A stretch of DNA of 64,000 nt. Source: Octopus sinensis. Taxonomy: Eukaryota. Below are positions 48,612-61,320 of this stretch, in pieces. The position numbers were made by a program, and so were the translations under genes. Position 1 is the stretch's first letter. Every line of letters starts with the position of its first letter. Where the stretch lies: the NCBI RefSeq assembly GCF_006345805.1, contig NC_043019.1:14879360-14943359 (forward strand). Reading direction: 5' to 3'. The notes under the pieces were generated by a model that made no database searches, was not told the origin of the DNA, and worked only from the letters and a program-made list of their open reading frames with translations.

Positions 48612-49518
48612 CGACAATTGTTCATTTGTTTTTATCTTTTATTAACGCTAATGATAAATAGCATCCGATGTTTGTATTGTTTTGTAGGCATCATGCGTTC
48701 TTTTCGAGCGTTTATTGTTGTTCAGTGTCAGTGGTGGTGGGGCATGGCAGGCGGGCTGTTTGGTGCGACTGAGAATCGCTTTACTATGAATCGTTGTTTT
48801 TTTTCACTTCTTTCAACAACGTTGCTGTTTTGGTTACAGTTATTGTGCTTTTGCGACCCTGATGCCCGTAGTCCCTGTATTTCCGGTAAATTATCGAAAC
48901 ACTTATAGGACTTCCGCTTCAATTTTTGAATTTAAAAAAAAAAAGAAGCCAAAAAACAAAAAAAGAAAAGCTTTAGGGAAATTTTGGTTGTACGTGGATG
49001 GCGTGAGTGGCGCGGTTATGCACAGCGAGGCTGTTTTTTTTGACTAGTGCAAAAAGAAAAGTATATCAGACACACAAGCAAAGCGGGATCACGCGTGACT
49101 GGACCCGGTCGGACACGCCGTGAGAAGGAACCGCGATGATATGAAACCGCACCGACTTTGACCGTAATGCGACGGGAAAATTGCGAAGTCGGGCGGGGGG
49201 TGGGGTGGAGGGGGGAGAGCTGCGACACGGTCCAGTGGACAAGGCAGCAAGATGGGTGGAATAATGTAGGACGCGAGGATGTTGCTGACTAGTCTGTCTG
49301 TCTGTCGGTCACACAGCTGGATCACAACACTTCACGTGTGACAAACCGGAAGTTTGCATTCTGGTAGACGCATTCATCGTCGTAATCGAAATCGTCATCA
49401 TTGTCACTGGTCATAGCGCTCGTGGAAAGTTACCCGGATGCACACGTGGTCGCGTTTGAAGAGGTTCCTGTTCTTGGCGGATAGCGCTCGGGTGCTTGAC
49501 CGGTTATCACGGATGATT
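48612..49518 (-). other. Putative 5'UTR exon overlapping a CpG-rich island
   Basis: Strong acceptor ttttatttgtctttttacag| (49519) and strong donor TCG|GTAAGT (48611). No long ORF. An internal alternative donor CGG|GTAACT lies at 49433. Confidence 0.4.
48850..49500. promoter_or_regulatory. CpG-rich, TE-free regulatory island (ETS motifs, E-boxes, G-quadruplex motif)
   Basis: High CpG density. CGGAAGT/ACCGGAAGT motifs (about 48910 minus, about 49345 plus), CACGTG at about 49333 and 49443, palindrome TCACGCGTGA, and G-run cluster 49191-49215. Confidence 0.45.
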
Positions 49519-49582
49519 CTGTAAAAAGACAAATAAAACGGGAATTTTAATATAAGACAACAATATCAATTTGTACAAGACA

Positions 49583-49639
<57 letters not shown>

Positions 49640-50540
49640 AAAGACAATCACACAGAAATACATGCACTTGTAGGTTCCACTTCGTATAGAAACAGTCTGT
49701 CGCTTAAAGAAACGTATATATGTAATAAACACCAAGTAGTAATAAAAAAGCAACTGTTGAATGTATCAAATAACTGTACTTCATTGCATGGATTGAGTAC
49801 TTTTCTCAAATTCTTTATAAGAAGAACATCTACCATTTGTGTTATGTGTGTGTGTAGTAAGAAGTTTGCTTCCCAACCACATAGTTTCGGGTTCAGTTCC
49901 ACGGCGTGGCATTTTGGGCAAGTGTCTTCTAATATAGTCTCGGGGGTGGGTGGGGGCAACCAGAGCCCTGTAAGTGGATTTGGTAAACAGAAACTGAAAG
50001 AAGCCTGTCGTGCATGTATGCATGCTTATATATGTATACGTGTTTTTGTCTCCCCTCCCCCGCTTGACAACCGGTATTATGTTTTCGTAACTTAGCGGCT
50101 CGGGAAATTAGGAAAATGGAGTAAGGACCAAACTTAAAAACGAAAAAAAAAAAAATGGGGTCGATTTGTTTGACTAAACCCTTCAAGGCGTTTACATGTA
50201 TCGAGTAAATTTCCCCCACCCCTTACTCGCGTTTGTACATTCAAATACGCGGACAGACAGACAGACAGACAAAAACGTGTGTGAACACACACTCGAGTTG
50301 ATAGTGCCCCATTATAAGTTGAATAGTACACACATTATAAGAATAGCAAGACAGGTGTAACTGGACAGAGGGTTGGTTACCTTGGCCAAGAAAACTTTTT
50401 GACTAAAGCAGAGTTTTGTCAGAAAAAATGAGTTTGGGGAGGAGGAAATAAGGGGAATGAAATGTGCCCCTTCTGTACCGCTGTTTCTTCAGAAATAAAG
50501 AAAAATGTGGTTGTTCGTCCCATTAACGTTGTTGGATTTT

Positions 50541-50660
50541 TGAATTGAAAGTCTGGAGATCGTATCTTCTCTCCAGCTGGATAAACGTGTTGAGGGGCCA
50601 ACTGAATTGAAAAATCTGCAGATCGTATCTTTCCGGTTGGATAAATGTGTTAAGGGCCAA
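50541..50660 (+). repeat. Tandem duplication of an approximately 60-bp unit
   Basis: tgaattgaaa..ctg.agatcgtatctt..cc.g.tggataaa.gtgtt.a.gggccaa occurs twice (50541-50602 and 50603-50660). Confidence 0.85.
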
Positions 50661-50771
50661 GACACACATTTACTTCGTGACTGAGTTCGTCTCAATGATA
50701 GAATAAGGGGACAAGGGAGCAGCGAGAGAAGAATGATCGCGCATCAATATATGAGTATTGGACGCACTTAC

Positions 50772-50836
50772 CATCACCAGAGAGCGAATTCGATCCGGAA
50801 AGCTTGTAGCAAGATCTTGCTAATCGATGTAAGAGT
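50772..50836 (-). other. Putative small upstream non-coding exon
   Basis: Donor ATG|GTAAGT at 50771. Acceptor-like ctctcatctctactcag| at 50837, preceded by TATAAAT (about 50862-50856), so it could instead be a first exon. Confidence 0.35.
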
Positions 50837-53800
50837 CTGAGTAGAGATGAGAGCATTTATAGACACTGTATATGTTTCTTTACTACCCACAAGGGGCTAG
50901 ACATAGAGGGAACAAACAAGGACAGACAAACGGATTAAGCCGATTACATCGACCCCAGTGCGAAACTGGTACTTTATTTATCGACCCCGAAAGGATGAAA
51001 GGCAAAGTCGACCTCGGCGGAATTTGAACTCAGAACGTAACGACAGACGAATTATCGCAAAGCATTTCGCCCGGGGTGCTAACGGTTCTGCCAGCTCGCC
51101 GCCTTTAGACACCGTATATGCCCTCGGTTCTTTGATCCAGTGGTATATCAAAGACGCGACTGTTGGAAGGAGAAACTGGTTCAAATGTTGCTCAGATGGG
51201 AATCGTTTTCATCCGAGTAGGCTGGACCAACGTGAAAAGATGTGCTTTGCTCAAGGATATAACACACTGCTCGATCCAAGAATAGAACCCACGACTTCAT
51301 GATTGTGAGCCCAATATTCTCACCACTAAGCCACGCGCCTGTATATTTTTTTGTTGAATTTGAGTGACGATTTCGATTCTTATTACCTTCTATAAGAGAA
51401 GGATGCTGCCGGGGCCAAACGGAGATTTTTTTTCCAGATTAAACTACGTGGAGTCGAAACAGACTCCAGGTGAGACAATCGGCCGTGAAATTAATACTTA
51501 TTCATCTATACCTCTATCAGACGGATTGTCAGACTGTGCTTAAGAGTTTGTAGTGATTGGGTCACATCACCATTTAACCAAACCCTTCTTCAACCAAAAA
51601 GAAAAAAAAAAAAAAAAAAAAAAAAACCCCAAAACGTTAATAATCCTACTATAGGCAGAAATTAAGGGTGGAGAGAGCAAGTCGATTACGTCGCCCCTAA
51701 TATCCAGCTGGTATTATTTTATCGGCCCTGAAAGGTTGAAATGCAAAGTTGACCCCGGTGGAATTTGAACTCAGTGACATACCGTCCGTCTTTTACGTTC
51801 CAAGCATTCTGCTAACGATTCTTTCAACTTGCTGTCTTGTAATAATAATTTTGGCACAGGGCCAACGATTTTAGGGGGGGAAAAGTTTTAGTCGACGCCG
51901 TCAGTCCTACTGCATGACCAGAACTTTATTTTATCGGTCCCAGAAGGATGAAAGGCAAGTTCGAAATCGGCGGAATTTGAACTCAGAATGTAGCGACGGA
52001 CGAAATGTCGCTAAGCATTTTATCCGGCAAGCTAACGATTCTGTCAGCTCACCGCCTTAATAGTAATGTTGGCTTCAAATTTTGGCACAAGGCCAGTATG
52101 TCCAAGGGAGGGGTTAAGTCGATTACATCGACCCCTGTCTACATCTGGTACCTATTTTAGCGCCTCCGGAAGGATAAATGGCGAAGTCGACGACAGCGGA
52201 ATTTGAACTTAGAACGTAAAGACAAACGAAATGCCTATTTCTTTACTACCCACAAGGAGCTAAACACAGAGAGGACAAACAAGGACAGACAAACTGATTA
52301 AGTCTATTATATCGACCCCAGTGCGTAACTGGTCCTTAATTTATTGACCCCGAAAGGATGAAAGGCAAAAGTCGACCTCGGCGGAATTTGAACTCAGAAC
52401 GTAGCGACGGACGAAATGCCGTTAAGTATTTTGCCTGTCGTGCGAACGATTCTGTCAGCTCCGCTCCTTAACAACAATAATAATGTTATTAATGTTATTG
52501 TTGGAGTTAATTAAATTCCAAGTAGAAACAGTCTGGAGTGTGTCTGTGTGCGCGCGCTGCGTGCGTAAGTGTGTGTGTGTGTGGGTTGGGTTTTAATTGC
52601 TACGTGTCTAGTCTTGATTGGCTGAAGTGAGTCGACCTGGGCTGAACTGGCTGAACCGCGTTGATGGCTGTGGATGTCGTAAGTTATTTCCTCCTCTGAG
52701 ATCCGGTTTGTACTGAGGTGATGGAGGTGTTAGTGGTAGAGGCGGCGATGACGGTGGTGAGGGTGGAAATAAGAGTTGACATTGGACGATCTGGGTTGGG
52801 CTTTCAAATAAGTTCCAACTCGAGCCTGGGCGGGTTACACATTAAGTGTTATCAATGTATTTACTGTGGGTGGGGCCACGCGACACTCAACGTTAAGTGC
52901 GCAGTCGTCTTCAATCAATGGACTTTACTTTTAATATATTTTCCTTCTCAAGGCGGCGAGCTGGCAGAAACGTTAGCGCGCCGAGCTAAATGCGTAGCCA
53001 TATTTCGTCCGTCGCTACGTTCCAGGTTCAAATTCTGGCGAGGTCGACTTTGCCTTTCACCATTTCGGGGTCGATAAATTAAGTACCAGATGAATACTGG
53101 GGTCGATGTAATCGACTTAATCCCTTTGTCTGTCCTTGTTTGTCCCCTCTATGTTTAGCCCCTTGTGGGTAATAAAGAAATAAACGTTAGCGCGCCGGGC
53201 TAAATGCGTAGCCGTATTTCGTCCGTCGCTACGTTCAGGTTCAATTCTACCGAGGTCGACTTTGCCTTTCATCATTTCGGGGTCGATAAATTAAGTACCA
53301 GATGAATACTGGGGTCGATGTAATCGACTTAATACCTATGTCTGTCCTTGTTTGTCCCTCCTATGTTTAGCCCCTTGTGGGTAATAAAGAAATAAGTAAC
53401 GTTAGCATGCCGGGCGAAATGCTTATCGGTATTTCGTCTGTCTTTATGTTCTGAGTTCAAATTCCGCCGAGGTCTATTTTGCCTTTCATCCTTTTGGAGT
53501 CGATAAATTAAGTACCAGTTACGCACTAATCGATTGCCCCCTCCCCTAACATTTCGGGCCTTGTGCCTAGAGTAGAAAAGAATATATTTTTCTTCCGTTC
53601 TCAACCTCATGCATATTACTATTAAAACATATGGCCGAGTGGATTAAGCAATAGGATTGTAATGTCAAGGAACTAGAGATCAAATCTTCTTCAAGCACTT
53701 GTCGGAATATTTTTCTTTTTCTTTCTTTTACCTCTTTTTCCCTGCTATCCAAGGTCAGGCATGGCTGTGTGGTTAGGCGGTTCACTTCGCAGCCACAAGG

Positions 53801-55582
53801 TTTCAATTTCAATCTTACTCCACGGCTCCACGGCTCCTCGGGCAAGTGTCTTCTACTTTTGCCCCAAGCTATGTGTGTGTGTGTTTTATCTTTTGTTTTA
53901 GCCAGACTGCGGCCATGCTGGGGCGCCGCCTTCAAAAATTTTTTAGTCGAATGAATCGATCCCAGTGTTTAGTTATTTTGTTAAGCCTGGTAGTTATCTA
54001 TCGTTCTCCTTTGCTGAACCGCTAAGTTACGAGGACGTAAGCACATCAACACCGACTGCCAAGGGGTCGTGGGTAACACACACATATCATACGACAGGCT
54101 TTATTCTGTTTTCGTCAACCAAATCCACTCACAAGGCTTTGGTCGGTCCGAGGCTATAGCAGATGACACGTAGTGGTATTGAATCCGGAACCATGTGGTT
54201 GGTAAGCAAGTTTCTTACCACACAACCACGGCTGTGTCTGGAACATTACAAACTGTCGACATAAGTAAAATAACTAATAATAACATCTCTTGCATGGGCA
54301 ACCGAATTTTATCCTAGAGGATGCAGTAAAGCGTCCAGTTCCAAATTTTGAGGTCAGTGAACACCACAAAAACCCGAAGAAATGTCAGAAGAGCTAAGCA
54401 AAAGAAAGATTTTACAATAAGATCTATTTCCTTACAAACATTATCAAACAAACAAAATGTTACAAAACTATCTTTTAAAGGAAAAGCAGCGAAGTACAAT
54501 ATCAAATGTTAGATCATTGAAAAATGCAGACCGTATATGAATGGCAACAAAAGTGGTATGCGTTTTGTAAATGGCAGCAAAAGACGTGGCTTTTGCACTG
54601 CTGAAAAAAAAAATACTGCTGCAGACAAACGCATTGAAACCAGAAATAAATTTATGTGCCAAATGAGAAGTATTCATTAAATGTTAAGTCGCAGTAAGTT
54701 TATATTCAGCCACTAGCCGCAGCCACCATGGAATGACCATTATATTTTACAATTCTGGACAGCGATGGTAACGATGTTGAATTTTCAAATACGTGTTTTG
54801 CTTCAGGCGTTGTCTTTTTTCTTTTTTCTTCTCCATCTTTCTTTTTCTTTTGTATCACGCAGAAAAGCTTATCGTACTCAATCTTACAGAACACTACAGG
54901 ACATATTTTCATTTCTTAAAAATTAATTATCAAGTTATTTGCATTGCTCGTCAATAAGCCTACAATAAAGGTGCTAACCCTTTTAATATTTTCAAAAGTG
55001 ATAACCTTCAAAAACCATAGATTATGATTTTAAATTTAAAAAAACGTTAAGGACAAAAATTTGTTTTTCTTTTGCACAGAATATTCAGAGCTCAAAGATA
55101 AGAGCTGCTTCTTTTGTGTCCAGAATAATATCTCTTAAATTCCGATGGCAGACGATGACTGCCAACAGATATCATACCAGAGATACTCAACCAGTTTGAG
55201 TGTCATTGAAAATATTTGACACGAATTGGGACAGATTCTATAAACTTATGTATGCGTATGTGCGTGTATACACACACGCATTTATACAGCTACAATACAC
55301 ACACACACGTAACTACATATAATTATGTATGCATGTGTGTATAAAAATACGCATATGCAAGTACGTAACTCTGTGTGTGTATATATATATATTGTTCCTT
55401 GGTTTGTGTCTATGTGTTTCGTCTCTCTATGTGTTCGACGTCTTTTTGGTGTCCTGTACACATATATGCGTGTATATGTACATGTAGAGGTAGGTACGTA
55501 CATATATGTTTATATATATGCATATGTTCTATTTTATTAACATATATATATATATATATATATGCATATGTTCTATTTTATT

Positions 55583-55632
<50 letters not shown>

Positions 55633-56064
55633 TTTATAAAAATACAGATAGTACTGAACATAACATATACAGACATAACGTATGTATAAATACATGTACA
55701 CAGATACATAATAATAAAAATATATAATCACAAACTTATACATGTAAAGATACATACATATATATCACATACAACCACACACGTCACCTACACACAAGCA
55801 CCTGTACCGCAACTCGTACTTTTGCTGAACCACTAAGTTACCGGGACGTAAACACACCAACATCGGTTACCAAACGATGGTGGAGAGAGACAAACAGACA
55901 GACACACGCACACACACACACACACATATATATACACGTTGGTCGGCCCGAGGTTATTGTAGAAGACACTTGCCCAAGCTGCCACGCAGTGAGACTGAAC
56001 CCGGAACCACATGGTTGGGAAGCAAGCTTCTTACCACACAGCCACGCCTGAACCCCCCTCTGTG

Positions 56065-56156
<92 letters not shown>

Positions 56157-57806
56157 CACACACAAATTCACATACATACAAACACTTTATGCACACGCAG
56201 ATTAACACAATCATAATTCCCCCCCACACACACATCAACATATGTGCGTGTGTTAACCGTGGTAAAATTGCTTTTAATCATTCGCTCACTGTCCCGTCAA
56301 AACCAATCACACATACAGCTAAAGTCTTCATCGATCACCGATGAACGAACGAACACACAAACACACTGCCGGGATAAAGTCGATTGCTAGGTACAGTTTT
56401 CATTAATACAGTCACCGCTTCAGAACATACGCCAGATGTGTGGAGGCGCAATGGCCCAGTGGCTAGGGCAGCGCCGCGGTCGTAGGATCGCGGTTTCGAT
56501 TCCGAGACCAGGCGCTGTGAGTGTTTATTGGAGCGAAAACACCTAAAGCTCTACGAGGCTTCGGCAGGAGGTGGTGGCGAACCCTGCTGTACTCTTTTAC
56601 CACAACTTTCTCTCACTCTTTCTTCCTCTTTCTGTTGTGCCTGTATTTCATAGGGCCTGCCTTGTCACACTCTGTGCCACGCTGAATCTCCCCCGAGAAC
56701 TACGATAAGGACACACCTGTCTGTGGAGTGCTCAGCCACTTACACGCTAATTTCATGAGCAGGCTGTTCCATTGATCGTATCAGTTAGAACCCTCGTCAT
56801 CGTAACCGACGGAGTGCCACCTATACGCCAAATGTCCCAAAATTCTCTTACTGCGCAGGAGTGGTTGTGCGCTAAGAAGTTTGCTTCCCAACCATATGGT
56901 TTCGGGTTCAGTCCCACTGCGTGGCACGTTGAGCAAGTATCTTCTATTATAGCCTCGGGCGCCAACCAAAGCCTTATGAGTGGATTTGGTAGACGGAAAC
57001 TGAAAGAAGCCCGTCTTATAAGTGCGTGTGCCTTTGTGTCAGTGTTTGCCCTTCGCCATTGCCTTGACAACCGGTGTTGGTGTATTTACGTCCCCAAAAC
57101 CTAGCGGTTCGGCAGGTCTAACGAATCGACCCCAGTACTTATTTTTTAAAGCCTGGTACATATTCTTTCCGTCTTTTGCCGAACCGCTAGTCTCCAGGGA
57201 TGTGAACACACCAACATCGGTTGTTAAGTGGTGGCGGGTGACTGACTGACTCATACACACACACACACACTGATTTACTGAAATTGTCTTCAAGAGAAGG
57301 TAAGAAAAAACCTATTGACAATTGCAGCCGATTCCAAATGAGAAATAGAGTTAGTCTTCAAAATGAAGGAAACCCCCAGATTGATAGAAACCTCAAAAAT
57401 AGAAATGGCATGAAGCAAAAGACATTTTCACCCCTCAGAGATAGCTGTTGGTACATATTTCTGCGTCGATAAGCGTCATCAGCATAGCAGTTATCTTGTT
57501 CTGATTTCAGCAGACAAAAGACTTAGATATACACAGAAGACAGTAGAGGATGTCAGTGTGTCCTGAAGGAATCAGCATGATTAAAACAAAATCAAGCAGA
57601 GAAATAAGTCAGACAGGTCGGTGGTTTGACTTTGGACAAACACAAATCAAGGAACGGTAAACACCAGGCAGCATCAAGCGGATGGGTGAATCTATTTTCC
57701 GTTCTAGAGAAGATAAACAAACGCCTGGTGGCAACAGCGATCGACTACGAAAGAAAACACCGACTTTACACACCGATGCACATACATGCACATGTGTGTA
57801 AGTTTA

Positions 57807-57872
<66 letters not shown>

Positions 57873-58370
57873 GTATGTGTGTATATATATATGTATGTAT
57901 ATATCATGTGTAAATGTGTGTGTATAGAGTTTGTAACAATATATATGTAGAAATATCTGCATGTATGCATATATGTACATTTACAAACATACGTAAACAT
58001 ATGCACACAGGTGTGCGTACATATATATACACACACACATACATACCGATATATATATATTCATAGACATGGCTATACTAGAGTGTGTGTGTGTGTATGC
58101 ATGCATATATATATATATGTTCATACACATAGCTATACATGTCTGTATCTACGTGTGTGTGTATATATACATACACACACGATTATGTATGTATATATAT
58201 ATATATACACACACACACAAATATGCATATATATACACACACAAATATGTATATATATATATATACACATATGCATATATATATATACACACACATATGC
58301 ATATATATATATACACACATATGCATATATATATATATACACACACATATGCATATATATACACACACAA

Positions 58371-58414
<44 letters not shown>

Positions 58415-58510
58415 GCATATGTATATATATATATATATATACACACATATGCATATATATATATACACACACACAAATATGCATATATATACATACACAC
58501 AATTATGCAT

Positions 58511-58544
<34 letters not shown>

Positions 58545-59811
58545 GCTATACGTGAATATATACATGAATTCATAGACACAACTATTTGTGTGTATACGTT
58601 TATAGACATCCATACATCCATCCATACGAATAGACGTATGAAAGTCTTCTTGCACAGACCAGCTGTCCCCATTTCTCACACTCCATTGAAATCAATCTCT
58701 TCATCTCCTATTTGGCCTCTCTTTCCATTATTCTCTCTCTCTCTTCTCTCTCTCTCATTGACTTATCTACCTCTTCATCTTCTATTCTCTTCCCTCCTCT
58801 CCTCTCTCCCTCTATAATTACTCTTCCTCCACTCTTTACACATATCTTCCGCCATATTGGTAGTTTAGTCATTGAGCTACTCCTGCACCTCTTCCTCACC
58901 CCATTACTCTCATATTTCGTCCTATCGTACACCAACATCTTCACCACATCATCATCATCATCGTCATCGTCGACATCGTCGTCGTCATCATCATCATCAT
59001 CACTACCACCACCACCACCACCTCTATTAAGGCGGCGAGCTGTCAGTTCTGAATTCAAATCCCGCTAAGATCTACTTTACCTTTCATCCTTCCGGGGTCG
59101 ATAAGTTAAGTACCAGTTGTGTACTGAGGTCGATCTAATCGACTGGTCCCCTCCCCTCAAAATTTCAGGCCTTGTGCCTAGACTATTATTATTATTATTA
59201 TTGTTATTATTATGAAGGTGGTGAGCTGGTAGAATGATTAACGGTATTTCGTCTGTCTTTACGTTCTGAGTTCAAATTCCGCCGAGGTCAACTTTGCCCT
59301 TTCATCCTTTCGGGATCCCTTTTACTCTCTTTTACTTGTTTCAGTCATTTGACTACGGCCATGCTGGAGCACCGCCCTTAATCGAGCAAATCGATCCCAG
59401 GACTTATTCTTTGGAAGCCTAGTACTTCCAAAGAATAAGTCCTGGGGTCGATTTCTTCGACTAGAAGGTGGTACTCCAGCATGGTCGCAGTCAAATGACA
59501 AACAAAGGTGTGTATGTATATATATCAGTTTTTCCCAGCCGGTTTTCCCCCAGGCCCCACAAAAACTTTCCAGAAAAATCTATGCTCCACAGGTGGTTGA
59601 AAAAAAATTGCATTTTTAATATTTTACCACAATTCTTTAATACAAAAGTAACTCTTTTATTAAGTACTGAGTACAAAAAGAATATTATTGATTAAGAAAA
59701 ACAGCTAACCACTTTAAGGAGGACCTTGTGCCTTGCAACTACAGCATCACGCCCCACCACATTTTCCCAGGCCCCACCGGTGGGGCGTATGCTCCATGTT
59801 GGGAATCACTG

Positions 59812-59879
<68 letters not shown>

Positions 59880-60540
59880 TAAAAGGATTGTTGTTCGAAC
59901 CAATCCAATACCTGAGGCGACTTTTAGCAAAGGCGTCCCAGCCATGGCTTGGAGTATCCTACAGTTTTATACACCGGAGGCGCGTGGCTTAGTGGTTAGG
60001 GTGTCAGCATCATGATCCTACGATTGTGGTTTCGATTCCTGGACCGGGCGACACGTTGTGTTCTTGAGCAAAACACTTCATTTCACGTTACTCCAGTCCA
60101 CTCGGCTGGCAAAAGTGAGTAACGCTGCGATGGAGTGGCGACCCGTCTAGCTGGGGAACACATACACCATTGAAACCGGGAAACCGGGCCCATGAGCCTG
60201 GCTAGGCTTTAAAAGGGCGCATTTATCTATTATTATATTTATTATATGACCTTGTATGTTTCTTTTATAAGACAGCATGTTGTGATATGAATGATATTGT
60301 GCTACTGATTGTAGTAAGTGACAATACAGTGGCTCCCTCTGTTGGCTACAAAATGATTAAGAAGGAGAAAGGACTGTCGGTACTGCGGGAATCAATCCCG
60401 AATACGTGTTCATAAAAAAAGTGAGGGTTGCACAGTAGACTACGAACCAAGACATGTTTAAAACATAAAATGCCTCCATGTGTGTATCAGGTGACAGCGA
60501 CCATTAAAACACACACACACACACACACACAACTACCCGC

Positions 60541-60579
<39 letters not shown>

Positions 60580-60751
60580 GGGACTGGCAAGGCTAGATTA
60601 TATGGAACTGTGTGATGGAATTATGGGAAATGACAAGGAAAGAATCAAAGAATATGACAAACGCTATTAAGATATCAATGAACTTGATTAGTTAATTGCA
60701 TAAATGGAGTTTAATTAGGAAATTACCGATAGCACTAAAATACTACAGCCT

Positions 60752-60753
60752 TT

Positions 60754-60795
<42 letters not shown>

Positions 60796-61320
60796 AGATG
60801 GGTTAAGACGAGAGGAGAGGAAGAGGAGAGAGAGAGAGAAGAGAAGAGAGAGAGAGGACCGAGAGGGAGAAAAGTGAGAGAAATGGGGATAGAGAGAGAG
60901 GAAACGAGAGAGAAGAGAACGAGGAGTGGAGAGAGGGGAGAAGGAGAGAAGAGGGAGAGGGGAGAGGGAGAGAAGAGGGGAAGAGATAGAGAGAGAGAGA
61001 GAGAAGAGGAGGAGAGACGAAAAGTGGAAGAGAGAGAAAAGTGGAAGAGAGAGAGAAAAGGGGAAGAGAGAGAGAAGAGGGGAAGAGATAGATAGAGAGA
61101 GAGAAGAGGGGAAGAGAGAGAGAGAAGAGGAGGAGAGAGAGAAAAGTGGAAGAGAGAGAGAAAAGTAGAAGAGAGAGAGAAAAGTAGAAGAGAGAGAGAA
61201 GAGGGGAAGAGAGAGAGAAAAGGGGAAGAGAGAGAGAAAAGGGGAAGAGAGAGAGAGAGAGTGTGAAATAGAGGTCGAGAGAGAAAGAGAGAGAACAAAA
61301 GGGGAGAAAAGAGTCAATGA
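60752..61320 (+). repeat. Complex polypurine (GA-rich) tract
   Basis: About 570 bp of G/A with agagaaaagtggaag and agagaagaggggaag units. Confidence 0.95.

Noticed and set aside
54240-54800. Possible DNA-transposon or LINE remnants (also 7560-7860, 13700-14100, 57280-57780, 62900-63960)
   Set aside because: They look TE-derived, but I could not recover diagnostic motifs well enough to name a family.
58708-59058. Poly-Asp/Gly ORF on the minus strand
   Set aside because: Begins inside a SINE, is derived from a GAT/GGT microsatellite, and has no splice sites or domain that I could support.
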